Below are positions 12,716 through 24,236 of a stretch of DNA of 64,000 nt, piece by piece. The translations under genes were made by a program, and so were the position numbers. Origin of the DNA: an uncultured Planctomycetota bacterium. GTDB taxonomy: Bacteria; Planctomycetota; Planctomycetia; Isosphaerales; Isosphaeraceae. Numbering within the stretch: position 1 is the stretch's first letter; the number at the start of each line of letters is the position of its first letter. A model generated the notes under the pieces. The model searched no databases. It was not told the origin of the DNA and saw nothing but the letters and a program-made list of their open reading frames with translations. The stretch covers positions 1-64,000 of the forward strand of contig CAWJTV010000036.1 of assembly GCA_963845755.1 (NCBI GenBank), given 5' to 3'.

Positions 12716-14026
12716 ATGCCCCTGCCTCCTTCACGCCGACAATTCCTGGGAGCATCCGCCGGGTCCGTAGTGACCCTGGGGTCCGGACCGTTGATCGCCC
12801 AGACAGGTGCTTTGCCAAGCCAGAAAGTGACCGTCGGGATCATGGGGTTGAACCGCGGCATGGAGGTCGCCGCCGCGCTGGAGAAGCAGCCGGGCGTCGT
12901 GATCAAGTATGTCTGCGATGTCGATTCCAAACGGGCCGATCAGGGGAAGGCGCGATTGGAGCACGGCGGCAAGCAGCGCCCGCAGGCGGTCACGGATTAC
13001 CGGAGGATCCTCGACGACAAGGAAGTGGACGCGCTGTTCTGCGAGGCGCCCAATCACTGGCACGGCCCCGCAACGATCCTGGGGTGCACCGCCGGCAAGC
13101 ACGTCTACGTCGAGAAGCCGTGCAGCTACAATCCCTGGGAAGGCGAGCAGATGATCGCGGCCGCCCGCAAGCACAACCGAGCGGTGCAGATGGGATCGCA
13201 GAGGCGGAGCACGCCCGGCGTGATCGAAGCCATTACCAAGCTGCATCAAGGAGTCATCGGCAACGTGTACTGCGCGCGGGGTTGGTACAACAACAAGAGG
13301 GCCTCGCTGGGGACCGGCAATCAAACCAACCCGCCGCCGACCCTCGACTACGAACTCTGGCAGGGACCGGCCCCACGCATGCCCTATGTCGATAATCGCA
13401 TTCATTACAACTGGCACTGGTTCTGGCACTGGGGGAACGGCGAGCTCGGCAATAACGGGATCCATTCCCTGGATCTGTGCCGATGGGGATTGAATGTGGA
13501 ATTCCCCGTGGTCGTCACCTCCTCCGGCGGTCGCTACCGCTATCACGACGATCAGCAGACGCCGGATACCCACGTCGCCAACTACGAATTCCCGGGCGGC
13601 AAGCAGATCTCCTGGCAAGGACTCAGTTGCAACAATCATCCGGATTCCACGGGCTTCGTGACGTTCTACGGGGACAAAGGGGCGCTCTCGCTTGGCATGT
13701 TCGGCGATTACAAGATCTACAACGCCGACGATCGGGTGATCGATAAACGTCCGGACGACGCCCACGGGGGAAATCCCTGGCTGGCGATCGATACGTTCCA
13801 CACCGCCAATTTCATCGCCGGGATCCGCAACGGCGATCATTTCGGGCTGAACGCCCAGATCGAGAAAGGGCACCGGAGCACGCTGCTCTGCCATCTCGGC
13901 AACATCGCCTACCGGACACAACGCACGCTCAAATGCAACCCGGAGGACGGCCACGTCCTCGACGACCCGGCCGCGATGGCCTTCTGGCAACGCGAATATG
14001 AGCACGGCTGGAAACCGGTCGTTTAA
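12716..14026 (+). CDS. Gfo/Idh/MocA family oxidoreductase with Tat signal
   Basis: SRRQFLG, PNHWH, GKHVYVEKP, QMGSQRRS, GELGNNGIHSLD. Confidence 0.92.
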   Translation: MPLPPSRRQFLGASAGSVVTLGSGPLIAQTGALPSQKVTVGIMGLNRGMEVAAALEKQPGVVIKYVCDVDSKRADQGKARLEHGGKQRPQAVTDYRRILDDKEVDALFCEAPNHWHGPATILGCTAGKHVYVEKPCSYNPWEGEQMIAAARKHNRAVQMGSQRRSTPGVIEAITKLHQGVIGNVYCARGWYNNKRASLGTGNQTNPPPTLDYELWQGPAPRMPYVDNRIHYNWHWFWHWGNGELGNNGIHSLDLCRWGLNVEFPVVVTSSGGRYRYHDDQQTPDTHVANYEFPGGKQISWQGLSCNNHPDSTGFVTFYGDKGALSLGMFGDYKIYNADDRVIDKRPDDAHGGNPWLAIDTFHTANFIAGIRNGDHFGLNAQIEKGHRSTLLCHLGNIAYRTQRTLKCNPEDGHVLDDPAAMAFWQREYEHGWKPVV

Positions 14027-14040
14027 CCGCGAGATCAGTC

Positions 14041-16071
14041 ATGAACGTGATGCTTCGTGACATCCTTGCTCGCCTCCCGATCCAGGTGGTGGGGATCTGG
14101 CTCGTCCTGTCCCTGGCCCCGTCGACAGTGCGGGCCGAACCACTCGACCGGCAGGTCGCCGAATGGGTCATCCTGATGGGCGGTTCAGTGCGCCTCGAGG
14201 GGCACGATGGCCGCATTCGAGAGCTGACGCAGTTGCCGGCGGCCGACTTCCATCTCGAGCTGGCCGACCTCGTGGGAACCAACATCAATCCCCCCGATCT
14301 GCGAAGACTGACCGGGCTGACGCGTTTGAAGACCCTGAATCTCCCCGGGCCCATGTGGAATCCCAGCGCAGGGTCGGAGACCGACTACAGTCGCGAGCTG
14401 CGCCACCTCGCGAGCATTCGCTCCCTCGAGGAGCTGACCTTCAGCGACACCTATCTCGAATCGATCAATTTCGAGGATCCCGGGATCGAGGCCATCGCTG
14501 CGCTCGCGCCGACTCTCCGGATGTTGAGCCTGGAGAATACCCAGGTGCGAGGTCGTCATCTCGCCCCATTCACGAATCTCGAGGCGCTCGACCTGGTCTA
14601 TTGCCCCGTGGATGACGAAGGCCTGCGGCAGATGAATGGCCTCACCAAGTTGCGCAGGCTCCTGTTGCGGGACGCCGTGATCAGCGATGAGGGGCTGCGA
14701 AATCTCGTCGGTCTCGTGAACGTCGAGCAACTGGACCTGGGTGGGACGCGGATCACGGATGCGGGAATCGCTCACCTGCACAGGATGACGAAGCTGAGGA
14801 GGCTGAATCTGCAAGGGGCCGCACTGACGGACGAGGGAATCCGGCACCTGGCGAACATGACGGGACTAGAAGACTTGAATCTGTACGGGACCAAAATCAC
14901 CAATGTGGGCGTGGAAGTGCTCAGGGACCTCAAGCACCTGAGCGTGGTCGATCTGCGCTACACGCGGGTGACGCGGACGGGTGTGGATCGGTTGCACGCT
15001 GCGGTGCCGCGCTGTGAGGTGGGCTTTCTGGACTCTTCGGTACGGCCGGGCCTCCCCAAAGGGGCGGACCAGATCGTGGCCGGCCAGGGGGACGAGGTCG
15101 TGGCCCGCTGGGTGCGTTCGATCGGCGGCCGCGCTGTGATCGAGAAGAGCCAGTTGCGGGAGATCTCGCTGGCCTCAACGGGCGTGTCGGATGAGCTGCT
15201 CCGAAATCTGGAGGGCCTGAAGCATCTGAAGACGCTGGAGCTCCGATCGACCGAGATCGGAGACATCGGCCTCCAGCGCCTGGCAACACTGATCAGCCTC
15301 GAAACGCTGGACCTGGACGGGGCGACGATTTCCGACGAGGGCCTGGCTCCTCTGGCCGGTCTGAAAGGCCTGCGCGACCTGACGCTCACACACACGCCAA
15401 TCACCGGTGCGGGCTTGAAGCACTTGAGCGGACTTGCGCTCGTGAGGCTGAATCTGTCGAGTTCACCCGTCAACGATCAAGGTTTGGCGCACCTGTCGGG
15501 CATGGTGTCCCTGCGGGATCTCGACCTGGCCTATACCGATGTGACCAATTCGGGCCTGGCTCACCTCGAGTCGTTGGGGGCGCTGCGCCGGCTCGATCTG
15601 GGTAGCACGGACATCGGCGACAAGGGACTCCGGACGCTGGGACGCATGACGGGTCTCACCTCGCTCTTGCTCAACTACACCCGGATCACCGACGCGGCGA
15701 TGCCTCAGCTCCAGGCCCTCGAGCATCTTCAGGAGCTGGCGCTGATCCGCACCCGCATCACCAACAAGAGCATGCCCGTCGTCGGCCACTTCGCCGAGCT
15801 GGTGGATCTGAACCTCGACTACACCGATGTCAGCGACAAGGGCCTGGAGGCGCTCGCCGGCCTGGCGAAACTCCAACGGCTCAGCCTCGATAGCACCAAC
15901 GTCGGCGACGCCTCCATCCGATACCTTCAGGGATTCCGCCAACTTCGCAAGCTAAACCTCTACCACACATTCATCACGGAAAAAGGTCATCGGCAGGTCC
16001 ACGATGCAGTACCCCGGTGTGAGATCATCTTCGATCCGAGATCGAGCGACCCGAAACGCCGTCGAAGCTGA
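14041..16071 (+). CDS. Secreted leucine-rich-repeat protein (two LRR arrays)
   Basis: Signal peptide; many 24-aa LxxLxLxxTxITDxGLxxL repeats; two cap motifs (VAEWVILMGG and VARWVRSIGG). Confidence 0.9.
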   Translation: MNVMLRDILARLPIQVVGIWLVLSLAPSTVRAEPLDRQVAEWVILMGGSVRLEGHDGRIRELTQLPAADFHLELADLVGTNINPPDLRRLTGLTRLKTLNLPGPMWNPSAGSETDYSRELRHLASIRSLEELTFSDTYLESINFEDPGIEAIAALAPTLRMLSLENTQVRGRHLAPFTNLEALDLVYCPVDDEGLRQMNGLTKLRRLLLRDAVISDEGLRNLVGLVNVEQLDLGGTRITDAGIAHLHRMTKLRRLNLQGAALTDEGIRHLANMTGLEDLNLYGTKITNVGVEVLRDLKHLSVVDLRYTRVTRTGVDRLHAAVPRCEVGFLDSSVRPGLPKGADQIVAGQGDEVVARWVRSIGGRAVIEKSQLREISLASTGVSDELLRNLEGLKHLKTLELRSTEIGDIGLQRLATLISLETLDLDGATISDEGLAPLAGLKGLRDLTLTHTPITGAGLKHLSGLALVRLNLSSSPVNDQGLAHLSGMVSLRDLDLAYTDVTNSGLAHLESLGALRRLDLGSTDIGDKGLRTLGRMTGLTSLLLNYTRITDAAMPQLQALEHLQELALIRTRITNKSMPVVGHFAELVDLNLDYTDVSDKGLEALAGLAKLQRLSLDSTNVGDASIRYLQGFRQLRKLNLYHTFITEKGHRQVHDAVPRCEIIFDPRSSDPKRRRS

Positions 16072-16110
16072 TCGTTCCCAGGGACAACTCGGATCAACGC
16101 AGGTATACAA

Positions 16111-17220
16111 ATGGTTCGTAACATGATCTGGTGGTGGTTCGCAGGGCTCGTCCTGGCCTCGACGTCGCCCATCGCCCGGGCCCAGGTTGGTCCTGCCGCG
16201 GAGATCGCGGCGCTCGGCGCGCGTTGCTCCCACAATGCGGCCGGCGAAACGATCGGAGTTGACCTGAGCAACACCTGGGTGACGGACGCCGACCTGGCGA
16301 AGCTGGCGCGTCTGCCGCAAGTCGAGAGCATCAACCTGGCCTATACGAAGATCACAGATCTGGGCCTGGAGCACCTAGCCCCACTGAAGAACGTGAAGAC
16401 GCTCAATCTGTACTACGCGGAATCCGTCACCGACCAGGGAATCGCGCACTTGAAACATTGGAAGAACCTCGAATCCCTGAACATGCGCGGCACGAAGGTG
16501 ACCAGCACACTATTCGAACACATCGCTCGCATGACGAATCTCCAATTCCTGGATGTCGGCCACAGCCGGGTCAACGACGACTCCTTCGAGTTCCTGGAGA
16601 GTCTCGATCATCTCGAACACTTCTCATTCGGCGGAAACAAGATGAGCGGCACGGCCCTGCCGACTCTGAAGTCATTGCCCGCGCTCAAGGATTTGAGTGT
16701 TTCCGGCCAGCAGAGGACGGACTCCGGTCTCTGGAGCGTCTCCGTGACGGACTTCAACATCGGACAGATTGCGCAACTTGCTCAATTGGAAGTGCTCGAT
16801 CTGGGCGAGACTAACATTTCGGATCGGGGCATCGCGGAGCTGGCCCGATTGAGGAATCTGCACACGCTGGATCTCAGGGCGACCAAGGTCACCAGCAAGG
16901 GCATTGCGGCGCTGCGCGACCTGCCGAGACTGCGGCATCTGAAGCTCTGGAAGGCCAAGGGCATCGACGACGCGTCCGTCCCTGTCTTCCTGAAGATGGA
17001 CAACCTGGAAGTCCTCGAACTGCCGGAGACCAATATCACGGCAAAAGGGCTAGCCCAGCTTTCGGCGAAGCCGGGCTTGAAACAGCTCTTCATCGGCGGC
17101 ATCGACATCACGCCCGAGCAGGTCGAGAACGTACGCAAGGCGCTGCCGAGTTGCCTGGTCAGTTGGTGGAAGAAGCCGGCGATCCCGAGCCCTGAGCCGA
17201 GGCGGCGCGGCGGCGATTGA
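16111..17220 (+). CDS. Secreted leucine-rich-repeat protein
   Basis: Signal peptide ending ARA-Q; LRR units such as LESLNMRGTKVT and LEVLDLGETNISDRG. Confidence 0.9.
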   Translation: MVRNMIWWWFAGLVLASTSPIARAQVGPAAEIAALGARCSHNAAGETIGVDLSNTWVTDADLAKLARLPQVESINLAYTKITDLGLEHLAPLKNVKTLNLYYAESVTDQGIAHLKHWKNLESLNMRGTKVTSTLFEHIARMTNLQFLDVGHSRVNDDSFEFLESLDHLEHFSFGGNKMSGTALPTLKSLPALKDLSVSGQQRTDSGLWSVSVTDFNIGQIAQLAQLEVLDLGETNISDRGIAELARLRNLHTLDLRATKVTSKGIAALRDLPRLRHLKLWKAKGIDDASVPVFLKMDNLEVLELPETNITAKGLAQLSAKPGLKQLFIGGIDITPEQVENVRKALPSCLVSWWKKPAIPSPEPRRRGGD

Positions 17221-17280
17221 GCAGACGCCGATCCGACCCGACGCGGCCCGGTCGGGAGACCGGTCACATGGACGCGCGGC

Positions 17281-18591
17281 TCAGACGATCGCGGACAGCT
17301 TCTTCTCGCCGGTCGGGAAGCCGCCGATCGGCGCACCGACAACTTCTTCCGCCAGGGTCAGATACAGGTCGCCCACCGTCCCGGTCACTCGTGTGTGAAG
17401 CCCGGTCTTCAGATGACCCGCATGCCCCGCGGCGATCATGGCCAGGCCGGCGTTCTTGTGCGAATTGGCCTCGGCGTGCTCGTGGACGTACAGCGCACAG
17501 GTGTGGTCGAGCAGCGTACCATCGCCCTCCGGGATCGACTTGAGCTTGGCGAGGAAGTAGGCGAACTCCTCAACGTGCCATCGGCAGATGTCCCGCAGGA
17601 TCCGCTGGCCTTCGGGCGACTCCACCCGGCCGTGTGTGTACTCGTGGTGTCGCTCGTAGGTGTAGCCCAGCCAGGGAAAGCGCGAGAGTCCCTGGCACTT
17701 GGTCAGCATGTAAGAGGCCACCCGGGTCTGGCGCGAGGCCAGGGCATGGACCAGCAGGTCAGTCTGGAGTTTCGCGATCCGCGGCCAGTCCTTCAGATCG
17801 CCACCTTCCGGGGGTTGCTCCACGACCCGCGCATACTCGGGCGGCAGGCTCGCGACCGAACGCTCCAGACTGCGCACCGAGGCCAGGTATTCCTCGAGTC
17901 GTTGCTGATCGCCGGATCCCAGCGCCGACTTGAGCGACCGCGCCTCGTCACTCACGGCGTCGAGGATGCTCTTCTTGCGCTCGATCCAGTAGGGCTCCCG
18001 GGAGCCGAACAAGCGATCGAACAGCCGTTGCGGGATCATTTCCGGCGGCAGCGGACGATCCCGCCCGGCCCAGCTCATGTTGCGCTGAATGCTCTCGCCG
18101 AACGACTCCTGGCACACACCAATTTGCAGAGAGCGGAAGCGACTGTGATTGCCGATTTCCTGGGCGATCGCCTGGTCGATGGAGGGGCCGCCGGCCCCTC
18201 GGCCGGAGAACATCTGCCCGGAGACGAGGCCGCTCATCGAATTGTGGTGCCCGTTTCCCGGCCCGGGCATTCTGGCGGCCGGATTGTCGATGCCGCTGAG
18301 CACATGGATGTCCTGGCGAAACCGGGCCAGTGGCTGGAGGCAGGGCGTCATCTCATACTGGGCACCGTCTTCGCGCGGGATCCAGTACTTCTCGACGATC
18401 CCGTTGCCGTTGAACCACAGGACGAACCGGGTCTCGATCGGCTGGGTCGTCGCGCCGGCCTCGGTCGCGTAGGCGGTTCCGCTGGCATTGAACAGCGATT
18501 CAAAAGCCGGCAACCCGATGCGAATCGCGGCCCCCGACAGGCCCACGCCCCGCAGGAACCTGCGGCGGGACAATTCCTTTTGCGTTGCCAT
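17281..18591 (-). CDS. DUF1552 (HXXSHH family) protein with Tat signal
   Basis: [58 protein letters not shown]. Confidence 0.88.
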   Translation of the reverse strand: MATQKELSRRRFLRGVGLSGAAIRIGLPAFESLFNASGTAYATEAGATTQPIETRFVLWFNGNGIVEKYWIPREDGAQYEMTPCLQPLARFRQDIHVLSGIDNPAARMPGPGNGHHNSMSGLVSGQMFSGRGAGGPSIDQAIAQEIGNHSRFRSLQIGVCQESFGESIQRNMSWAGRDRPLPPEMIPQRLFDRLFGSREPYWIERKKSILDAVSDEARSLKSALGSGDQQRLEEYLASVRSLERSVASLPPEYARVVEQPPEGGDLKDWPRIAKLQTDLLVHALASRQTRVASYMLTKCQGLSRFPWLGYTYERHHEYTHGRVESPEGQRILRDICRWHVEEFAYFLAKLKSIPEGDGTLLDHTCALYVHEHAEANSHKNAGLAMIAAGHAGHLKTGLHTRVTGTVGDLYLTLAEEVVGAPIGGFPTGEKKLSAIV

Positions 18592-18594
18592 GAG

Positions 18595-20610
18595 CTAACC
18601 CGAGCCTTTCTGGAGAAAGAGGTCCGACGTGGTCAGGGCGACGATCAACTCGCGGAAGCGGAAGCCCGAGTCACGGAATTTCGCGAAGAGCGCATCGATC
18701 ACGGGTTGGTCGTTCACGGTCTCTTGCCGACCGAACGCATACCGGAATAATTGCTTCACGATGGCCTTCTGGCACGACTTGCTCTGGCCGAGCAAGCGTC
18801 CCAGCTCCCGGGGCGTCGAGAACGCCGAATCCTCGATCCCCTGGATGTACCCGGATGAGTCAACGTCCAGTTCTTTTATCGTCGCCCTGCGGCCCCGGGC
18901 TCCATCACCCCGGGGTCCCGCGAACTGGAGCACCATCTTCTTCTGGAACACGCCGATCGCGTTGTATTGCTCGAAACCCAGCCCGATGGGGTCGATCAGG
19001 CGGTGGCAACCCGCGCAAGACTCGCTGTTCAGGTGGACGGCCAGGCGTTGCCGGTTGGTAAACGGCTGATCTTCCGTGACATTCGGCAGGACGGTGTTCA
19101 CTCCGGCCGGAGGGGGCGGGATTTCCTGGCCGAGAAACTGGTTGCGGATGAATAACCCTCGCGCCGTCGGTGAGGTTTCGGCGGGCTTGCTGGTCAGCAC
19201 CAGGAAACTGGCATGCCCCAGCACGCCGGACCGGCCAGAATCCGCCGGATACTCCACCTTCGCAAATTCCTCGACGGGGGCCGGCAAGCCATAGAGCCGG
19301 GCGAGATCCGCATTGACGAAGGTATAGTTGGCCGTGAAGAATTCCTGGAAATTCTGATCGTGCCAGACCAGGTGATTGAACAATCGCCGCGTCTCCTCGA
19401 CCATCGCCGCGGCGACCTCGGCGTTGAATTCGCGAAATCTCCGGCGATCGCGCGTGGCCTCCAGGACCCGGTCGAATCGCATCCACTGCGACAGGAACTC
19501 CTCCATCGCCGCCCGGGCACGGGGATCATCGAGCATGCGCCGCGTCGTGGCTTCGATCTGCTCCGCCGTCGCCAGCTTCCCATCCCCGGCGGCGCGCATC
19601 AGCTCGTCGCTGGGCATCGTGTCCCAGAGGAAATATGCGAGGCGGCTGGCGATCTCGAAGGACGCGTCGGGACCGTTCGCTCCCCGTTCGACGCGGAAGA
19701 GGAAATGCGGCGATTGGAGCATGGCCTCGATCACCATCGAGGCGCCGGCCTGGAAGTCCCGCGTGCGGCCGGCCTCCTCGAGGAACAAGTCGGAATAACG
19801 ACGCACCTCGCCATCCGTCAAAGGGCGCCGGAATGCCTTGGGGCCAAACCGCCGGACGAATTCGTCGACACACGCGGCATCGGTCGGCGACTGCGGCTGG
19901 CGGGGGATCCATCCGTGCTGGTCACCGCCTCGAAAGGCGGCTCGGGCGAGTCGCTCGGCTGCTTTGCTGTAAGCTTCCGCCTGGAGCGGTGAGACACCCT
20001 GCGCCTCCCACTGGTTCTTGAACCCGTTGACGAAGTCCTCTTTCGGGAAGCTGCTGGCGGGCTGGCTCTGATCGCCGAGCAGGTCTCGCACGGTGTGGTT
20101 GTACTGGCTGTGCGTCAGACGGCGCACTGTCAGCGCCTCCAGGCCGCGCGGATCGGACCGAGCGATTCGCTCCCGTACCCGGCGTACCTGCTCGTCGGAA
20201 AGCCCGGCCAGATAGTTGATCCAGCTCAGCAACACGGCTTCGTCGACACTCCCCGGCTTGATTCGCTGGCCGCCGGTGTGCTTCACTCGCTTCGTGGGCT
20301 TCCGCATCAACAACGATCGCTCAGGGTTTTGCCGATCGACCAGATCGATCAGCGAGAATCCGAACGTCGTGATCCGGTCATGGTCCGCCTCGGATTCCGG
20401 GAACGCGAGCCGGGTCTCGGATGCCACGCCATTGTCGCTGTGACACCGCTCGCACTGAGCGGCGTGCAGCGTGGGGTACACCTTCTCGACGAAGAATGAC
20501 TCATCCACGGTCCGCGTAGCCTGCGCGGAGGCGCCCGGTTCGAATGCGGTGCAGCGCCCGGCGATCATGAATGCAGAAACCAGCACCGAAGCAGGCCATC
20601 GCCTGACCAT
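18595..20610 (-). CDS. DUF1592/DUF1588/DUF1595/DUF1587/DUF1585 protein with c-type heme motifs
   Basis: CERCH, RRLTHSQYNHTVRDLLG, AFRRPL, LQSPHFLFR, ASRLAYFLW, TSPTARG, CAGCHRLIDPIG. Confidence 0.9.
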   Translation of the reverse strand: MVRRWPASVLVSAFMIAGRCTAFEPGASAQATRTVDESFFVEKVYPTLHAAQCERCHSDNGVASETRLAFPESEADHDRITTFGFSLIDLVDRQNPERSLLMRKPTKRVKHTGGQRIKPGSVDEAVLLSWINYLAGLSDEQVRRVRERIARSDPRGLEALTVRRLTHSQYNHTVRDLLGDQSQPASSFPKEDFVNGFKNQWEAQGVSPLQAEAYSKAAERLARAAFRGGDQHGWIPRQPQSPTDAACVDEFVRRFGPKAFRRPLTDGEVRRYSDLFLEEAGRTRDFQAGASMVIEAMLQSPHFLFRVERGANGPDASFEIASRLAYFLWDTMPSDELMRAAGDGKLATAEQIEATTRRMLDDPRARAAMEEFLSQWMRFDRVLEATRDRRRFREFNAEVAAAMVEETRRLFNHLVWHDQNFQEFFTANYTFVNADLARLYGLPAPVEEFAKVEYPADSGRSGVLGHASFLVLTSKPAETSPTARGLFIRNQFLGQEIPPPPAGVNTVLPNVTEDQPFTNRQRLAVHLNSESCAGCHRLIDPIGLGFEQYNAIGVFQKKMVLQFAGPRGDGARGRRATIKELDVDSSGYIQGIEDSAFSTPRELGRLLGQSKSCQKAIVKQLFRYAFGRQETVNDQPVIDALFAKFRDSGFRFRELIVALTTSDLFLQKGSG

Positions 20611-20822
20611 CGACTTCCTCCCACTCCGGACGTAGGCGGCATGGTATCAAATCGGGAAGAGCAGTCCTGGGGCCGCCCTCGGGAATGCAAACTCAGCGTG
20701 CGGAACTCATGGATCTCTTTCGAGTAACACGATGATATCACCTCCCCGCAAGGTCCGACAATCTGGTGGTACGACCAACAAGGGCTTCTCATCGTAGCCG
20801 GACCCTTATGGAAAGTTGATTC

Positions 20823-20841
20823 GAGGCTCGACCCACCCTAC
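20823..20841 (-). repeat. Single GTAG-type REP half-site
   Basis: Reverse complement GTAGGGTGGGTCGAGCCTC, immediately downstream of the LLM gene stop. Confidence 0.45.
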
Positions 20842-20843
20842 AA

Positions 20844-21966
20844 CTACGTCGCCATCTCAGTGGCACCGATGGCCTTGTTGAATGCCGGGACGACTTCGCG
20901 GGCGAACAATTCGAGACTGTGAGTCCACCGATCACGGTCGTCCCAGTCGTGGGCGGTCAGGACCAAGGTGCCGAACGGGCCGATCTGTTCGCGTAACTCC
21001 AGGAGCTGGCCGATGACGTGTTCCGGATCGCCGGCGATGATCACGTCGTCCATGAAATAATCCAGCGTGCAGTCCGAATCCGCCTGCTGGTCGTCGCGCT
21101 TCCACATGGCGATGCCCGTAGGCGCGGTGGCCGCCGTGAGATCGAGGATGTACTGGATGCACGAGCCGAGCGAATTGCCCCGCGCGAGACGCCGGGCCTC
21201 ATCGGTCGAGTCCGCGACGAACACGTTCCGTGCCACCGCCCAGTCGGCCGGTTCCGCGCTTCGGCCCGCCGATGCCGCGGCGTGCGAATACGTCTTCCAC
21301 TGCTCCCGCAAGGCGCTTGTGTGTATCATGTGATGACTGATGAAACGGAAACCGCGTTCGGCCGCTTTTCTCAGCCCAACCGACGCGCGACTGATGCTCG
21401 GGACATGGATTGGTGGGTGCGGTCGCTGGAAGGGTCTGTGGAGATGCCCGACTCCGAATCTGGGATTCACCTTGTCTTTTATCTTCACGTTCCAGAACTG
21501 TCCTTCGATGTCGATCGGCAGCTCGCCCGTCCACAGTCGCAGGATCATGTCGATCGACTCGGCGACACGCCCTCCCGTTTCGCTCGCGGTGCGCCCCGAA
21601 GACCTCCATGTCGGTCGGGATGGCTCCGGGTCCGAAACACACATTCAGCCGGCCGTGCGACAGGTGATCCAGGAACGCCAGCCGGCCTGCCACGTGCGCC
21701 GGGTGGTGATACTGGAGGCAGACCGGCGCCGGTCCGATGCGAATGCGCCGGGTCACGCCGAGCACTTTCCCCAGGAAGATCTCCGGCATGACGATGTTCT
21801 CGACGCTCGAAGAATGGTGCTCACCGACCCAGAAATCGTGGAAGCCGAATCCCTCGCATTGCACGGCGAGCTCGAGGTCCTCGTCGATGCATTGAGCGAG
21901 CGGCTTGGCCGGATCGTGGATTGGCATCACGAACATGCCGAGTCGCAGGGGTTGGACGTTGCTCAT
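20844..21966 (-). CDS. LLM-class (luciferase-like) flavin-dependent monooxygenase, frameshift near 21590
   Basis: LGMFVMPIH, WVGEHH, HPAHVAGRLAFLDHLSHGR, PFQRPHPPI, SLELFAREVVP. Confidence 0.88.
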
Positions 21967-23032
21967 TCGGCACCTTCGGGCGTGAGGAGTCCGTCGACGT
22001 CGACACCCAGGCGCGCGCCGTGTTCCCGCATGGCCTGGAGCGTCGCGGCATCGACCGGAATACCGTCTTTCTGTCGTAGCCTGAGCGTGCGGAATTCGAG
22101 TTCACCCGGGACCAGGACTTCATCAAACCCCGGCGCCGGCCGCGACGACTTGATGTAGGCCACAGTCTCGTCCATGAGTCGTCGGAATTCATCGAGCGGA
22201 CAGAACGCCGAGGGGTCCACGACGACAAAGCAGACGCCGTTGCCGAACACGTGTGGGTCGTGCGAGCTGATCCCGGCCAGTACGCTGCCGAGGATTTCGA
22301 CGAGCAGGCCGAGGGCAAATCCCTTGTGCCCCGCGGCGGCCCCTAACGGCAGGATCCCCCCGCGCGGCGGGCCGTAGAACGCGTTGGGGTCGTTCGTGGC
22401 CTTGCCGTTGGCGTCAAGGATCCAGCCGTCCGGTACGGTTTTCCCCTCGTTGCGAGTAGAACCGGATCTTTCCCTCGGGGGCGACGGACGTCGAAAAGTC
22501 GGCCACGACGGGATCACCGCCAGTCGGGACCGCGTAGGCGATCGGGTTGGTCCCCAATCGTCCGTCGCGACCGCCCCATGGCAGAACCTGGTGACCGATG
22601 GATCGGAGAGTGGCACGTCGCCAGCGCGAGCATCCCGTCATCGGCCGCGAGCTCAACCCAGGCCCCCAGCCGTCCGACATGGTTGCAGCGCCGCGTGATC
22701 ACGCACGCCGTGCGCTGCCCGCGCGCGATCTCAATTCCTTCGCGAATGGCCTTCTCGGCACCGACGGCACCAAAGCCCTGATGACAGTCCACGACCGCCG
22801 TGGTCGGGCCCGTGCGTTCCACGGCGAGCGGTGCGTCGACGACGATCGAGCCCTCGGCCACGAATCCCAGATACTCCGGAATCCGGATCACCCCGTGTGA
22901 GTCGTGTCCCATCAGGCTGCTGGTGACCAGCGACCTGACGGTCGCCAGGGCCTCGTGCGCGCCTGCCCCCGCCGCTGTGAACAGGGCGACACCCAGCCGC
23001 GAAACGGACTCTGGTCGATAAAGCCGGCTCAT
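21963..23032 (-). CDS. Ldh_2 family (malate/L-lactate/ureidoglycolate) dehydrogenase, frameshifted
   Basis: GHDSHGVIRIPEY, NHVGRLG, GTNPIAYAVP, DFSTS, GHKGFAL, VLVPGELE. Confidence 0.88.
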
Positions 23033-24074
23033 CGGTCGCGTTTCCCCAATCGGAGGTGGCTCAGCGAATGGCAATCGGGTTCCCCGGAGAGCCCGTCGCG
23101 CCCTTCAGGCGCAGTGGGCTGAACACAAAACAAAACTCGTGACACACCCGCCGCGGCGAGTGGTTCCAGGTCCAGGTTTTCCAGATGGTAGACGCCGTTC
23201 TTCGTGAGGTCCCACTGGTGGACCGGGAACGCCAGGTCGGCGCGTTCGTGCGGGACCGCCTCGATCGCCCAGGTATCGGCCCCGATCAGCGCGACCTTCC
23301 GATCCGTCAGAAACTTCGCCGCCGCGAGGCCGATGCCGGGCTCGCCGGCGCCGTAGGTCGCGTTGTCTTTCATCCACAACTTGCCGTGCCCGGTGCGGAT
23401 CAGGACGACGTCGCCCTCCTGGATCTCCAGGTTGGCCTTCTTCAGGCACGACGCCAGCTCGTCCGGCGAAATGACATATCCCGCCGGGAGCCGGTCCTTG
23501 CCGGAGAGCGCGCAGACATCGAGCAGGATTCCCCGCGTGAAGAAAGCGCCAGCGTTCTCGACTCCAAGCTTCTTGAGGCCGTACGTATCGCCGAACTCGG
23601 ACAGTTTGTTGCCGTTGTAGAAATAATCCTCGCCGCCGATGCGTGCACCGACGTGGCCAAGCCCGTCGAACTGGGTCCCCACCTGGCCGATCTCGCCGCT
23701 GACCAGCTCATCATTGGAGACGGCCTTGTTCGACCCGGTCGGCATGCTCGTGGGCAGCCCGGGAATCGTCAGGCTGAAGTGCCGTTTGCCCGGAATCGGC
23801 ATGCCGTGTTCGTAGAGCCGTCCGAGCTGGTAGATCTGCCCATGGTCGCACGAGGCGTGCCGCCTGAATAACCCTCGTGGGCGTGATCCGATTGGCGGCC
23901 CCGCGCTGGTCGGCCGCGCCGAACTCGGACGGCCAGAACTTCTCGCCGATCGGGCTATCCCCGGCCGGCTGCGAGCCACGACTCGCCCACGGAGCGACGC
24001 TCATGATCGCGGCGCCGGCCAGACCGCCCAGGATGATCGTGCCACCAACCGGCAGGATGAAACGATTGCCTCAT
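23029..24074 (-). CDS. Secreted cyclase-family (kynurenine formamidase-like) metallohydrolase, frameshifted
   Basis: WPSEFGAADQRGAANRIT, QVGTQFDGLGH, TRGILLD, GDVVLIRTG, GADTW, HLENLDL; hydrophobic N-terminal signal. Confidence 0.82.
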
Positions 24075-24092
24075 GATGACTGTTCTCCTGAA

Positions 24093-24148
24093 GTCGGTCA
24101 GGCTTTCTAGCCTGACTTCCTGCCGTCAGGCTGGAAGGCCTGACCTAC
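24093..24148. repeat. REPIN-like inverted pair of GTAG-type REPs
   Basis: GTCGGTCAGGCTTTCTAGCCTGAC ... GTCAGGCTGGAAGGCCTGACCTAC; each unit has an internal GTCAGGC/GCCTGAC hairpin. Confidence 0.75.
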
Positions 24149-24236
24149 GTGCCAGTGTAATCGTTCCCATCCGGCCGACCCGGGGACACAAATCGCGACG
24201 AGTCCCCACGGATTCTTCCATGGCTCGAGACCCGAA

